64,000 nt of DNA. It comes from a virus. The number at the start of each line of letters is the position of its first letter. The first letter of the stretch is position 1. The notes beneath the pieces are model-generated. The model had not been told where the DNA came from, did not search any database, and saw only the letters and a list, made by a program, of their open reading frames with translations. The DNA is taken from the IMG/VR virus record IMGVR_UViG_3300028027_000054, positions 15,807 to 79,806 of that record; one strand, 5' to 3'. A program made the position numbers and the translations under genes. Shown piece after piece: positions 39,087 to 48,060 of this stretch.

Positions 39087-40160
39087 TTATAATTCTGATC
39101 CGACGTCTGCTGACACGGACCGGGTTCTGCCGTTTCCTCCGCCTTGTACACGCCCTGGGTTCAGAGGTGTATAGCCGTTAGATGTGGATGCTGTTTGCGG
39201 TTCTAAGGTTTCCAGCATTCTTTGTTTGTTGAACTCAGCGTTCATAAACAACACGTTGTTATCGTCTCCACCGTTACGCACCTTCAGAAGATGCATGTAG
39301 ATCTGATCCTTGTGTGTGATGTACTTCTTGGGACCGTAGATGTTGATGTTTGCCTTGTGCGGCCTGTTCAGGGCAATGACCATGTCTGAGCTCTGCATCA
39401 GGGCATCACCACCAAAGATGTCTGAACTGGTAGGATAGTTTCCTATGATACCAGGATTGACCCTTGATGCTTCTTCCATGGTGCGGTTCATCTGTGTGAT
39501 CATCAAGACAATGACCGGAATCTCGTTCTTGATCTGCATCAGCATCTCTGCTGTATTGTACAGAACATCAAACTTGTCCTTATCACCACTTCCCTTCTTG
39601 ATCAGCCAAGAGTGATCAATGGTGACGATCATGTGCTTGGTTCCCATTGCCTTGTGGTAGTAACGGATGGCTTTCTCAATATCCGGTACAGTCAAGGGTT
39701 TTTTGATCAGCTTGCGTTTCACACCGACTCTTTCCAGTGCCTGGGTATCTGCCAGGTAACGCTGCATTTGCTGATAGGTAAAATCATCCAGCTGCTGGTA
39801 GGAACTTAAGACATGGTTATAGTCTTTAGCTACTTCTGCTGCAAACTGTCTGGCGGCATACTGCTTGTCACCCATCTCAAACTGGAACTCCAGGATAGAA
39901 AAATCCTGGTCCGGATTGTGAAGACGTGACTCCCTGAGTATCTGGGAAACTATCATGGTCTTACCTGACCCTGGTCTGGCTCCAATGGTTAACATAGAAC
40001 CCCATTCCAGACCACCAATACCGGCATAATTCAGGCCGGTCCAGGGAGTCTTAAAAGACTTTACCCTGCCTGTTCTGCGGTCATCTATATACTTGAGACC
40101 CTCAATGAGGACTTCAGAGTAGTCTTTAGCACCAAAAGGGTTCTGTGGTGTAGTACTCAT
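39087..40160 (-). CDS. DnaB-like replicative helicase
   Basis: GARPGSGKT, FEM, IDH, TQMNR, SDIFGGD, KVRNG. Confidence 0.9.
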   Translation of the reverse strand: MSTTPQNPFGAKDYSEVLIEGLKYIDDRRTGRVKSFKTPWTGLNYAGIGGLEWGSMLTIGARPGSGKTMIVSQILRESRLHNPDQDFSILEFQFEMGDKQYAARQFAAEVAKDYNHVLSSYQQLDDFTYQQMQRYLADTQALERVGVKRKLIKKPLTVPDIEKAIRYYHKAMGTKHMIVTIDHSWLIKKGSGDKDKFDVLYNTAEMLMQIKNEIPVIVLMITQMNRTMEEASRVNPGIIGNYPTSSDIFGGDALMQSSDMVIALNRPHKANINIYGPKKYITHKDQIYMHLLKVRNGGDDNNVLFMNAEFNKQRMLETLEPQTASTSNGYTPLNPGRVQGGGNGRTRSVSADVGSEL

Positions 40161-40599
40161 AATGTGTGAGAAAATACTTGTGAAAACACAGACTCACTAG
40201 CCTCTACAGCATCCATCTGACCCAAGTAAAAAGCTTCATTCATCATTATCTCTATGGCCATTTTAAAACCTTCTGCATTGATGGCCCGAAACCCTACAGT
40301 TCCTGGGATTTCAGCTGTTAGCTGGCTAAATAACTCTCTAATTTTTACTTCGTGATCTTGTACAGCTTCCATTACAGGTTCATTTTACGGGTTGTAAATG
40401 TATAGAACTTCAAGGAAACAACCAAGAAAAGTTCTATAATTAGATACCTCCAGAAGGAAACATCTACAATAAAAAAGTCTACTACCACCCAGTTAAGGGC
40501 AGTAAATACCAGGCTGATCAGTAGTCTGTTGACTACCTTTTCAACTGATGACATAGTCAATGGGTTATGATTGTTCTCGGAAGATGACGTCTGGGTCAT
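40157..40599 (-). CDS. Two small ORFs (40157-40372; 40372-40599, two-TM membrane protein)
   Basis: Coupled ORFs; the 40372-40599 product has two hydrophobic helices. Confidence 0.5.
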
Positions 40600-41152
40600 C
40601 TGCGATCATCTGGCAGAATTCCGCCAGGGTAGACTTTACAGTCTTACTAATAGTGTCCGTTTTCTGTATAAAAGCAGAAGCGTTCATCATGTACTTCTTA
40701 TGCTCAGGTGTGTTCTTCTTGTACATGTAATAGTTGGTAGCTTCCAGCACGATATCCCAGGTGAACTCGGGGTACTTTTTAAAGAACCATACGAATTTGT
40801 CCTTGATCTCCTGTGTGGTGGAACGGGCTACTGCTCCTGTAGGTAAGGTACCTGGTGGAAACAGCATTCTATAAGTGTGAATATGGTCCAAGAAGTTGTC
40901 TCCAAGGACTTCTGTTGTTACTTTTTTCTTGGTCTTAACCAGGAAAGTTTCAAACTCTTCCAACACCACGAGGGCTTGTGCGGTGAGTACTCCATTGTCG
41001 TCAAGATAACCTCTGGAATGGGCTATGGTACGCTCTGCATCTGGGTTAACAATAGTTGTGGGCTTGATCTTACCGCGGCAGCAATCAAGGAAATAAAGCA
41101 AGTTGGGGCTCACATTGTGTTTGATCAAATTCAACCAGAGCTGATGATTCAT
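40565..41152 (-). CDS. Hypothetical protein (possible replication initiator/helicase loader)
   Basis: Lies between the DnaA-domain gene and DnaB. Function inferred from position only. Confidence 0.45.
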   Translation of the reverse strand: MNHQLWLNLIKHNVSPNLLYFLDCCRGKIKPTTIVNPDAERTIAHSRGYLDDNGVLTAQALVVLEEFETFLVKTKKKVTTEVLGDNFLDHIHTYRMLFPPGTLPTGAVARSTTQEIKDKFVWFFKKYPEFTWDIVLEATNYYMYKKNTPEHKKYMMNASAFIQKTDTISKTVKSTLAEFCQMIADDPDVIFREQS

Positions 41153-41585
41153 AGCTTTTTTTTATGTGGTTTAGAATTTGGTAGTACCGCTCTCTGAAGG
41201 ACTCAGAGGTTTCTACCAGGTTGTTGAAGGTGGATACGTTGTGCAGCACCGTGGTATGGTCACGTCCGCCAAGGTAATCTCCAATGCTGACACAGGTAAA
41301 CCGCATCATGCGGGCTATGGCACAAAAGATGTTACGCAGCTCTACCAGCTCTCTTTTACGGGAGTGGGACTTGAGGCTTATTGGATCTCCAAATGCCACC
41401 GGAAGAAACTGTTCAAAATACCTGGACAGTTGGTCCAGGCTCATGATCGGCAAGTCAGTTCCTCCGTGACTTGAGATCTTGGTTACTACAATGGGAACAT
41501 AACCCAGTTTTTCTTCAAACTTCTGTTTGAACTCCTCGATTAATCGTCGCTCCAGCTTAACTGCATAGTTGTATGTCTCGGTCAT
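41085..41585 (-). CDS. Protein with a DnaA C-terminal (domain IV) DNA-binding domain and no AAA+ domain
   Basis: SRKRELVELRNIFCAIAR ... SIGDYLGGRDHTTVLH matches the DnaA signature. Confidence 0.8.
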   Translation of the reverse strand: MTETYNYAVKLERRLIEEFKQKFEEKLGYVPIVVTKISSHGGTDLPIMSLDQLSRYFEQFLPVAFGDPISLKSHSRKRELVELRNIFCAIARMMRFTCVSIGDYLGGRDHTTVLHNVSTFNNLVETSESFRERYYQILNHIKKSYESSALVEFDQTQCEPQLALFP

Positions 41586-41703
41586 AAACTTGGGATATTT
41601 ATTCTACAAATGTAAGTAAAGTCTACAAGATTTTGTATATTATATTGTAGAGGCTATGAAAGTTCTACATCTTTAATATTTACTAGGTAAAACTATTTCT
41701 ACC
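41586..41703. promoter_or_regulatory. Divergent control region between the replication and lysis blocks
   Basis: AT-rich. TACATTTG (Bacteroidota -7 consensus TAnnTTTG) on the - strand at 41607-41614, late motif at 41635-41651, and four TGTAGA/TCTACA copies. Confidence 0.65.
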
Positions 41704-41958
41704 ATGTCTAATTTTTATGCACAAAAAGACGGTAATGGTTACCCCATCCCAGGCACTATGATGAGTGTGGAGGGTTCTGTTCCTGCAGTTAGCAACGTCA
41801 TTGCAATTCCTGCATCTGATGTGGTCTCTACAAAGACCCATCCTATTGGTCTACGCTACTTTGTACGTAAAGACGCAGTGGGTAACATCATCCCTAACTC
41901 CCTGATCATCAGCTTTGAAAAGCCTTCAGGACTAGTGTACGAGTTTAAAAAAGCCTAA
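41704..41958 (+). CDS. Hypothetical protein with an internal repeat
   Basis: FYAQKDGNGYPIPGT and YFVRKDAVGNIIPNS look duplicated. Confidence 0.6.
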   Translation: MSNFYAQKDGNGYPIPGTMMSVEGSVPAVSNVIAIPASDVVSTKTHPIGLRYFVRKDAVGNIIPNSLIISFEKPSGLVYEFKKA

Positions 41959-41967
41959 CTCTTTAAA

Positions 41968-42276
41968 ATGCTAAGGGTCACCATGGACAAGATAAAAATC
42001 TGGGCATTTCCTGTACTGGTATCTATAGTGGGATGGTTTATCGTCAACACGTTGAACGAGATCAAGAATGACTTGGAACTCGTCAAACAAGACGTCAAAA
42101 CCCTACTGGCTCAGTCTAATATAGACAAGACCCGCATTGACAACCTGGAAAGACAGGTGTTCGGTGCACTGAATACAAGCTCACCAATTAAGATCCCTGT
42201 TACACCTGTTGCAAGACCTAATTATGACTTGTTCCTGGTGAGGGAAGAAGACATCAGAAGACTTATAAAATCATAA
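41968..42276 (+). CDS. Membrane-anchored coiled-coil protein (lysis cassette)
   Basis: N-terminal TM segment followed by a coiled coil. Confidence 0.55.
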   Translation: MLRVTMDKIKIWAFPVLVSIVGWFIVNTLNEIKNDLELVKQDVKTLLAQSNIDKTRIDNLERQVFGALNTSSPIKIPVTPVARPNYDLFLVREEDIRRLIKS

Positions 42277-42286
42277 ATAACACTGT

Positions 42287-42577
42287 ATGACTTTTAAACA
42301 ATGGGTCTTGGACCTTTTTAAAGATGAGAGAGGATCTACCTCTATGAAACCCGTTATCGGGCTTTTTTTAGCACTGTGCCTGGGCGGAACGCTTCTGGCC
42401 AACAGTTTTACCCATGGTGATATCAAGCCTTCTGACTCTTTGGTAGAGTGGACTGCTATTACCCTGGTGGCCATGGTCGCAGGAGATACCCTGGACAAAT
42501 TCTCTAAAAAGAAACCTGATGAAACACCTAGGAACAATAATAATTCTGGCTCTGATAGCTATTCTGATCCTGCGTGA
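42287..42577 (+). CDS. Putative holin
   Basis: Two hydrophobic helices and a charged C-terminus; lies in the lysis cassette. Confidence 0.6.
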   Translation: MTFKQWVLDLFKDERGSTSMKPVIGLFLALCLGGTLLANSFTHGDIKPSDSLVEWTAITLVAMVAGDTLDKFSKKKPDETPRNNNNSGSDSYSDPA

Positions 42578-43127
42578 GATAGGCGGATGTAATGGCGGAT
42601 CAGGTACTGGCGGTAAAGTAGATACAGTAAGAGTTGTAGATACTGTTTGGGAAAAACATGACACTACGATCTATAAGAAACTCACTGTAAAAGAGACCAT
42701 CCATGACACCATGCCTCCTGAGTATTTACCCAGTCCGATGTATGACAGTCTGCTTGTCCAGTATAATGAACTGGCTAAGGATTTCCTGGCTAAGAACATC
42801 TACGAGGATACATTAAGGGTTCCTGCCATCAGGGGACTATTCATTGTTAAAGACACCGTCAAGAATAATAAACTATTGGGACGCAGCTGGACTGCAGACT
42901 TTATCCTGCCCACTGTCAAGGAAACCGTCACAATCACTAAGACCCTGCCACCTAAGCGTCAGCTGTACATCGGTGGTGGTATTACAGGGTCCCAGACCCA
43001 GATGCAGAGCATTAATGCTGGTATACTCTATAAGACCAGGAAAGAACGCATTCTAGGCGTCACTGGGGGTATCAATCAAGAGTTTAAACCCCAGGTAGGC
43101 GTCAGCCTTTACTGGAAGTTATTCTAA
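42519..43127 (+). CDS. Exported/envelope protein, spanin-like candidate
   Basis: Signal-like N-terminus followed by GGC, DTV repeats, and C-terminal amphipathic beta strands ending YWKLF. Confidence 0.55.
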   Translation: MKHLGTIIILALIAILILREIGGCNGGSGTGGKVDTVRVVDTVWEKHDTTIYKKLTVKETIHDTMPPEYLPSPMYDSLLVQYNELAKDFLAKNIYEDTLRVPAIRGLFIVKDTVKNNKLLGRSWTADFILPTVKETVTITKTLPPKRQLYIGGGITGSQTQMQSINAGILYKTRKERILGVTGGINQEFKPQVGVSLYWKLF

Positions 43128-43143
43128 CCTATATAAACACTGT

Positions 43144-43506
43144 ATGACTATGGCAATACCTGCTAAAAAACCAGCAGCTAAGAAGCCTGCTGCCCGTAAG
43201 TCACCCGCTAAGCCTGCATCAATCGTAGAGAAAGCTACCGGAGCATTCAAGATGCCGGTATCGTACAAAGAATTCGTGAAGAACCCTATTGTAGCCACAC
43301 TATTTCTGGCTCTGACTGGTATTGGATACCTGTACATTGACGTAAAAGGTGTGTTTGAGAACAATGCAGTAAAGCAAGAGGTCCGCGTAGATAAGTTAGA
43401 AGGTAAAAACGACACGCTCCAGATAGAGCTGCGTAATGTATTGCTGGAAAAAGCAGCAGCTGGTGCTAAATCTGACATGGTCAATAAACTCCAGAAGATC
43501 CAATGA
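43144..43506 (+). CDS. Membrane protein with coiled coil (i-spanin-like)
   Basis: K/P/A-rich N-terminal tail, one TM segment, coiled coil. Confidence 0.5.
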   Translation: MTMAIPAKKPAAKKPAARKSPAKPASIVEKATGAFKMPVSYKEFVKNPIVATLFLALTGIGYLYIDVKGVFENNAVKQEVRVDKLEGKNDTLQIELRNVLLEKAAAGAKSDMVNKLQKIQ

Positions 43507-43826
43507 GAGTAGCCATCCTCATAGTGTTACTGTTAGCTTGCAACGTGAGTGGCCAAAACACAAACGAGGACCTTGCTAAAGAGCAGGCGTTCCAAAAACT
43601 GTTATTAGACAGTAAGAAGGTTCAAGCAGACGCTGTAAAGCAGGCCATGCAGGCTGATCAGCAAACCACGCAGATCGTAAACAAGGCAGCCAGTACGATC
43701 AGTGCTTTAAAGGCAGAGGTCAAACAACTCAAACAAGAACTCAATGAAACTAAGAAAGCACTGGACTCTGTTGAGTCTAATGATAATACTCAGCCTTTCA
43801 ACCTTAGCCCAATATCCGGCGGTTAA
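43503..43826 (+). CDS. Putative lipoprotein/exported coiled-coil protein (o-spanin-like)
   Basis: MRVAILIVLLLAC lipobox-like signal; overlaps the previous gene. Confidence 0.5.
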   Translation: MRVAILIVLLLACNVSGQNTNEDLAKEQAFQKLLLDSKKVQADAVKQAMQADQQTTQIVNKAASTISALKAEVKQLKQELNETKKALDSVESNDNTQPFNLSPISGG

Positions 43827-44136
43827 GAAGATCGGTAAGGACTCTGTGGTGATCATTACCCTTGAACAAGGTAAGCAGATCAACCAAAAGTTTGTGGTGT
43901 TGGAGGACAGCATCAAAAAACTAAAGCTGGACAAAGACAGTATTAAGGCCAGCTTTGACATGGAGTACCGTAAAGCCTTGCAGTATAAGAACCAGGCTGA
44001 TACTTTTCAGCATTGGTATACAGAAAACAAGAAGATCTACCTGGACAAAGAACAGCGGTGGAAATCTGATAGAAGACATTACATGGGGTTCTCCTTTGTC
44101 CTCATGGTAATGGTCGTGCTCTTTGCCCATTTATAA
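43744..44136 (+). CDS. Signal peptide + coiled coil + C-terminal TM protein
   Basis: Hydrophobic N- and C-termini. Confidence 0.5.
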   Translation: MKLRKHWTLLSLMIILSLSTLAQYPAVKKIGKDSVVIITLEQGKQINQKFVVLEDSIKKLKLDKDSIKASFDMEYRKALQYKNQADTFQHWYTENKKIYLDKEQRWKSDRRHYMGFSFVLMVMVVLFAHL

Positions 44137-44148
44137 ATCCTATATCCT

Positions 44149-44748
44149 ATGAAGTTAGATGCACTGAAGGGACATGTCCCTGACACTGTCATTGCACAAA
44201 TCCCTGGTGTCATGGAAAAGTTCCAGGTAAACACACCGTTAAGACTTGCACACTTTCTGGCACAATGTGGCCATGAATCTGGTGGGTTTAAACTTACTCA
44301 AGAGAACCTGAACTACGGAGCTAAGGGTCTGATGACCATATTTAAGAAATACTTTCCTACAGAAGCTTTAGCTAAGGCGTATGAGCGTCAGCCGGAAAAG
44401 ATTGCTTCTAAAGTATATGGTAACCGCATGGGTAATGGTGATGAAGCTTCTAAAGAAGGCTACAAGTTTCGTGGTCGTGGATACATCCAGCTCACTGGTA
44501 AAGATAACTACAAAGCTTTTGACGCTACGGTTCCTGAAGACATCCTGGCTAGTCCTGATCTGGTTGCTACTAAATATCCCTTGTTATCTGCAGCATGGTT
44601 CTGGAGTAAGAACGGCCTGAATACACTTTCAGATAAAGGTGCCACTGATGCCGATGTAACGGCTATCACTAAGCGTGTCAACGGTGGGACCATTGGTCTG
44701 CCTGATCGGATTAAACATTTCAAAGAGTATCATAAACTTCTTGCATGA
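44149..44748 (+). CDS. Endolysin, glycoside hydrolase family 19
   Basis: AHFLAQCGHES, ENLNY, FRGRGYIQLTGKDNY, SAAWFW, ITKRVNGG. Confidence 0.92.
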   Translation: MKLDALKGHVPDTVIAQIPGVMEKFQVNTPLRLAHFLAQCGHESGGFKLTQENLNYGAKGLMTIFKKYFPTEALAKAYERQPEKIASKVYGNRMGNGDEASKEGYKFRGRGYIQLTGKDNYKAFDATVPEDILASPDLVATKYPLLSAAWFWSKNGLNTLSDKGATDADVTAITKRVNGGTIGLPDRIKHFKEYHKLLA

Positions 44749-45116
44749 TCTTGCTTAAACTTATCATAGCACTGATATATGCAGGTTTAAACATCCTGCA
44801 TGCTAAACATGATGCCTGGAGGATCTTTGATGGCCGCAGGATATACCATGGCATCAATGGTCTTGTACATGTTCTTATACTTATCCCAGTATATTTTTAT
44901 ACTAAAGAGTGGTTCTTTGTGATCGGACTGCTGTCATTACGCAGAATTGTCTTTGACACAGCACTTAACATTTTTAGAGGTCTGAGGTTTGACTATATCT
45001 CTGCTACCACTACATCTATTATAGACAGACTATCCTACAACATTCAGAAACGCTACGGATACGTCATGTATTACGGAATGTTCTTCCTACTTGTTCTACT
45101 CAGTATAATCCTATAA
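44745..45116 (+). CDS. Multi-TM membrane protein
   Basis: Several hydrophobic helices. Confidence 0.55.
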   Translation: MILLKLIIALIYAGLNILHAKHDAWRIFDGRRIYHGINGLVHVLILIPVYFYTKEWFFVIGLLSLRRIVFDTALNIFRGLRFDYISATTTSIIDRLSYNIQKRYGYVMYYGMFFLLVLLSIIL

Positions 45117-45119
45117 CCT

Positions 45120-45584
45120 ATGCAACTCTCTAAACACCTTTCCCTTGCTGAAGTGACCAGATCTGACTCTGCTAAACGCAAAGGCATTTCTAACCAACCC
45201 ACTCCTGAACACATTGAGAACTTTAAGAAGTTAGCTCTAAACATCTTTGAACCCATCCGTGAGCATTTTAAAGTGCCTATCCTGATCTCTTCTGGGTACA
45301 GGAGCAAGGATCTGAACACTGCTATTGGCGGAAGTTTGACATCCCAGCATTGCCAGGGTGAAGCCATTGACATCGACATGGACGGAGCAGGTACCATTTC
45401 TAACGCTGATGTATTCAACTACATCAAGGACGAGCTCAACTTTGACCAGCTCATCTGGGAATTTGGTACAGATAAAAACCCTGACTGGGTGCACGTGTCA
45501 TACGAGTCTACCGGTAAACAACGCAAACAGATCCTGAAAGCAGTAAAAGTTGGTGGTAAAACACTGTATAAACCCTACGTCTAA
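45120..45584 (+). CDS. Peptidase M15 family endolysin
   Basis: SSGYRS..LN ... SQHCQGEAID ... FDQLIWE ... WVHVS. Confidence 0.9.
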   Translation: MQLSKHLSLAEVTRSDSAKRKGISNQPTPEHIENFKKLALNIFEPIREHFKVPILISSGYRSKDLNTAIGGSLTSQHCQGEAIDIDMDGAGTISNADVFNYIKDELNFDQLIWEFGTDKNPDWVHVSYESTGKQRKQILKAVKVGGKTLYKPYV

Positions 45585-45859
45585 TGGAAAACTCTAAGAT
45601 GTCTTCTTTCCTGTCTAACAACTGGAGCATCATCGTGGGTGTACTTACGGTGTCTTTTGTTGCAGGCGGTGTTGTCTCTGAGTTCAGGCTCATGAGAGCT
45701 GAAATAGAAGAACTGAAAAAGGATACATCTACCAAGATCCAGCAGATCATAGAAAAAGACGAGCGTAAAAAAGACTGGTTAGAAGAGCAAGAACAACGCA
45801 TTGATGACCTGGAAGAATACAGGGCATATGAAGACGGCATTAACTCAACTAAAAAATAA
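45584..45859 (+). CDS. TM + coiled-coil protein
   Basis: One TM segment followed by a charged coiled coil. Confidence 0.55.
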   Translation: MENSKMSSFLSNNWSIIVGVLTVSFVAGGVVSEFRLMRAEIEELKKDTSTKIQQIIEKDERKKDWLEEQEQRIDDLEEYRAYEDGINSTKK

Positions 45860-45864
45860 ACACC

Positions 45865-45990
45865 ATGGCAAAAGGTAAAGGCGGTGAAAGCCGTAAAATC
45901 AATTTTGGTAAGCGTCGTAAAGGACTGGCTACCAAGAGACGGGGACCCAAGGACAAACCTGTATCTAAGTACAGGGGTCAGGGTAAATAA
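45865..45990 (+). CDS. 41-aa highly basic protein ending YRGQGK (not in ORF track)
   Basis: MAKGKGGESRKINFGKRRKGLATKRRGPKDKPVSKYRGQGK*; fills the gap before the terminator. Confidence 0.7.
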   Translation: MAKGKGGESRKINFGKRRKGLATKRRGPKDKPVSKYRGQGK

Positions 45991-46027
45991 AAAAGAGCCG
46001 ATGGAAGAATCCACCGGCTTCTTTATT
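45991..46027. terminator. Bidirectional terminator between convergent blocks
   Basis: AAAAGAGCCG..TGGA/TCCA..CGGCTTCTTT hairpin. Confidence 0.7.
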
Positions 46028-46042
46028 AATAACCGTTGCTTA

Positions 46043-46390
46043 CTATTTGAGCCTCCAAACCCTACGTGCTCCATCAAGTTGTAAGCGAGATGTTACAGCA
46101 AAACCGGGTTTGTACCTGGCAAACTGTTTAGCTGCATAGTGTAAGGAATTAGGTTGTTTACACACTGGATCTTTAGACGGTATCAGAAAACTATCACCTG
46201 GTTTCATCAGAGCAAAGGGAAACTTAATGTCTGTAGAGCTGTTTCTCACACCAGCCATAATCACTCCTTCTTCTACGTTATAGATGTAGGTTCTGTCTTT
46301 TAATGGAGTGTCATCTAAAATAGTAGCTGGTTTCTTTCTTTTTACTGTAGCTGTCACCTTTTTAGGTATTACTTTCTTAGGTCGTGCCAT
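46043..46390 (-). CDS. Small basic DNA-binding-like protein
   Basis: KFPFALMKPGDSFLIP ... RVWR pattern; K-rich N-terminus. Confidence 0.55.
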   Translation of the reverse strand: MARPKKVIPKKVTATVKRKKPATILDDTPLKDRTYIYNVEEGVIMAGVRNSSTDIKFPFALMKPGDSFLIPSKDPVCKQPNSLHYAAKQFARYKPGFAVTSRLQLDGARRVWRLK

Positions 46391-46481
46391 ATTGTGTTCT
46401 AATTTGCTGCTAAAGTTATTGCTCAAAGTAGAATGCTTGTCAAGTATTAATTTCAGCAGTTATTAGGTTACTATATGGTTA

Positions 46482-48005
46482 CTACCTCATTGCTACACCG
46501 TACATATCAACTTTTTGTATCTTATGTCCGTCAAATACAACTACTTGATTCTTGTTAGAATACTGTTGAATGACATGAGAACTAAAGCTATTGAACCTTG
46601 ATCCTTCTACACCAATGAAGAATGCTTTATCTGAATAGATAGAACAGGAGTCTTCTGCATCTGTAATCACCAGGGCGTTGATATCATTGTTTACAATAGA
46701 ACGTACTGCTTCATTGATAGTTGTACCACCATCACAGTCAATCATTGCAATAGACATCATATCATTACGATATTTTTTTACACGGGTGTTAAACAAATAG
46801 ACATCATTAAGCATGTCCATCTCTTTGAGCTTGGCAATCATACTCTTGGCAAAGTCGATCTTGGAAATCTGACTGCCTTGAGCATTTTTTACTCCACAAC
46901 CGCTGCTCATAGAACCGGATACGTCTACATATACGTCCACCTTACCGACGGACTTGGTATCTTTGATCTGTATGTCTTCTGCAAAGATCTTACGAAGCCT
47001 TGGGTGCAACAGTTCATAGTCTTCCAACCCGGATACATCCTGGGCATTGAACAGATCCTCATACTTGATGATCTTACGGGAAGAAAAGTAACTGGCACTT
47101 TTATCCAGGAGCTGCTTGATCTTTTCTTTCAGACTACCCATAGACAGCTTAACTGATTCTAGTTTGGCTACGATCTGACGCATGTAATCAGGAGACAATT
47201 TACCTGCTGTGTCACCACAGTCTTTGTTGGCCTGCTCAAACATCTTTTCCTGGATATCCTGATCAATGTGTTCATCCATCATCTTACAGGTATCCTGGGC
47301 ATCCTGCATCAGTTTGTCCAGCATGTTCTTAGATGGCTGGGATTCCATGTGTTGTTTCATGGCGTCATCTATATCATCTTGGTTAAACTGAGAGTCATCA
47401 CTTCCGTTCAGACCATTCATCATCTGCTTTTGTGCCTCAGCATCTACGTATTCCATCTGCGTTAGTTGCATCAGGTAATACAGCATCATGTTCTTGGTAA
47501 ACACAGCAGATTTCAGGTTGGATCCTTCGGTCATGATCTTACCTACAGGATTGTTGGCTTTCTCCAGGAACTTAAACCTGGTGGCATTTTTGTCATCACG
47601 CTCGCTAAACTCAAGTTTATCCATCTTGTGATAGTATAACTTGTGAATGTCATACTTCAAAGACTTGGGAATCTTGGTATAGTTTTCCTTAAGCTTCTCA
47701 TGAAACTTATTGATGTCTGGTTTCTGATCTTCGGGAAGCCTGCCAAACGCTGAAGTAGCTTTAAAGCGACCAAAGTGTTCTTGTATAGACTTTACGTTTT
47801 GAAGTTCTTTATCAACCAGGCTATCAATCTTACCCTCATCTATATAGTGGATGTACGGTTTGACCAGGTCACTCTTCTGGTAGAAGTTGATCTTGCCAAA
47901 CAAGCCGTCTCTGTCTTTGTAGTAAGACTGGCTCTGTATCTCTCCTTTCTTTACTTTCTCAAGAATGGTATATACATTCTTATACTGTTTGCCTTTTGAG
48001 GACAT
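46482..48005 (-). CDS. VWA-domain protein (ViaA/CoxE-like partner)
   Basis: MIDAS DVSGSM, GGTT and VITDAED in the C-terminal domain. Confidence 0.85.
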   Translation of the reverse strand: MSSKGKQYKNVYTILEKVKKGEIQSQSYYKDRDGLFGKINFYQKSDLVKPYIHYIDEGKIDSLVDKELQNVKSIQEHFGRFKATSAFGRLPEDQKPDINKFHEKLKENYTKIPKSLKYDIHKLYYHKMDKLEFSERDDKNATRFKFLEKANNPVGKIMTEGSNLKSAVFTKNMMLYYLMQLTQMEYVDAEAQKQMMNGLNGSDDSQFNQDDIDDAMKQHMESQPSKNMLDKLMQDAQDTCKMMDEHIDQDIQEKMFEQANKDCGDTAGKLSPDYMRQIVAKLESVKLSMGSLKEKIKQLLDKSASYFSSRKIIKYEDLFNAQDVSGLEDYELLHPRLRKIFAEDIQIKDTKSVGKVDVYVDVSGSMSSGCGVKNAQGSQISKIDFAKSMIAKLKEMDMLNDVYLFNTRVKKYRNDMMSIAMIDCDGGTTINEAVRSIVNNDINALVITDAEDSCSIYSDKAFFIGVEGSRFNSFSSHVIQQYSNKNQVVVFDGHKIQKVDMYGVAMR

Positions 48006-48018
48006 AGCTTTTTAATTT

Positions 48019-48060
48019 AAAAATGGCTGACTGGGTATTATTCCAGCCAGCCATTGTTTT
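48019..48060 (-). terminator. Hairpin/terminator between moxR and vwa
   Basis: AATGGCTG.CTGG ... CCAG.CAGCCATT with an A tract on its left. Confidence 0.55.

Noticed and set aside
45884-46084. 66-aa + strand ORF in the track
   Set aside because: It runs through the terminator; the 41-aa ORF at 45865 fits better.
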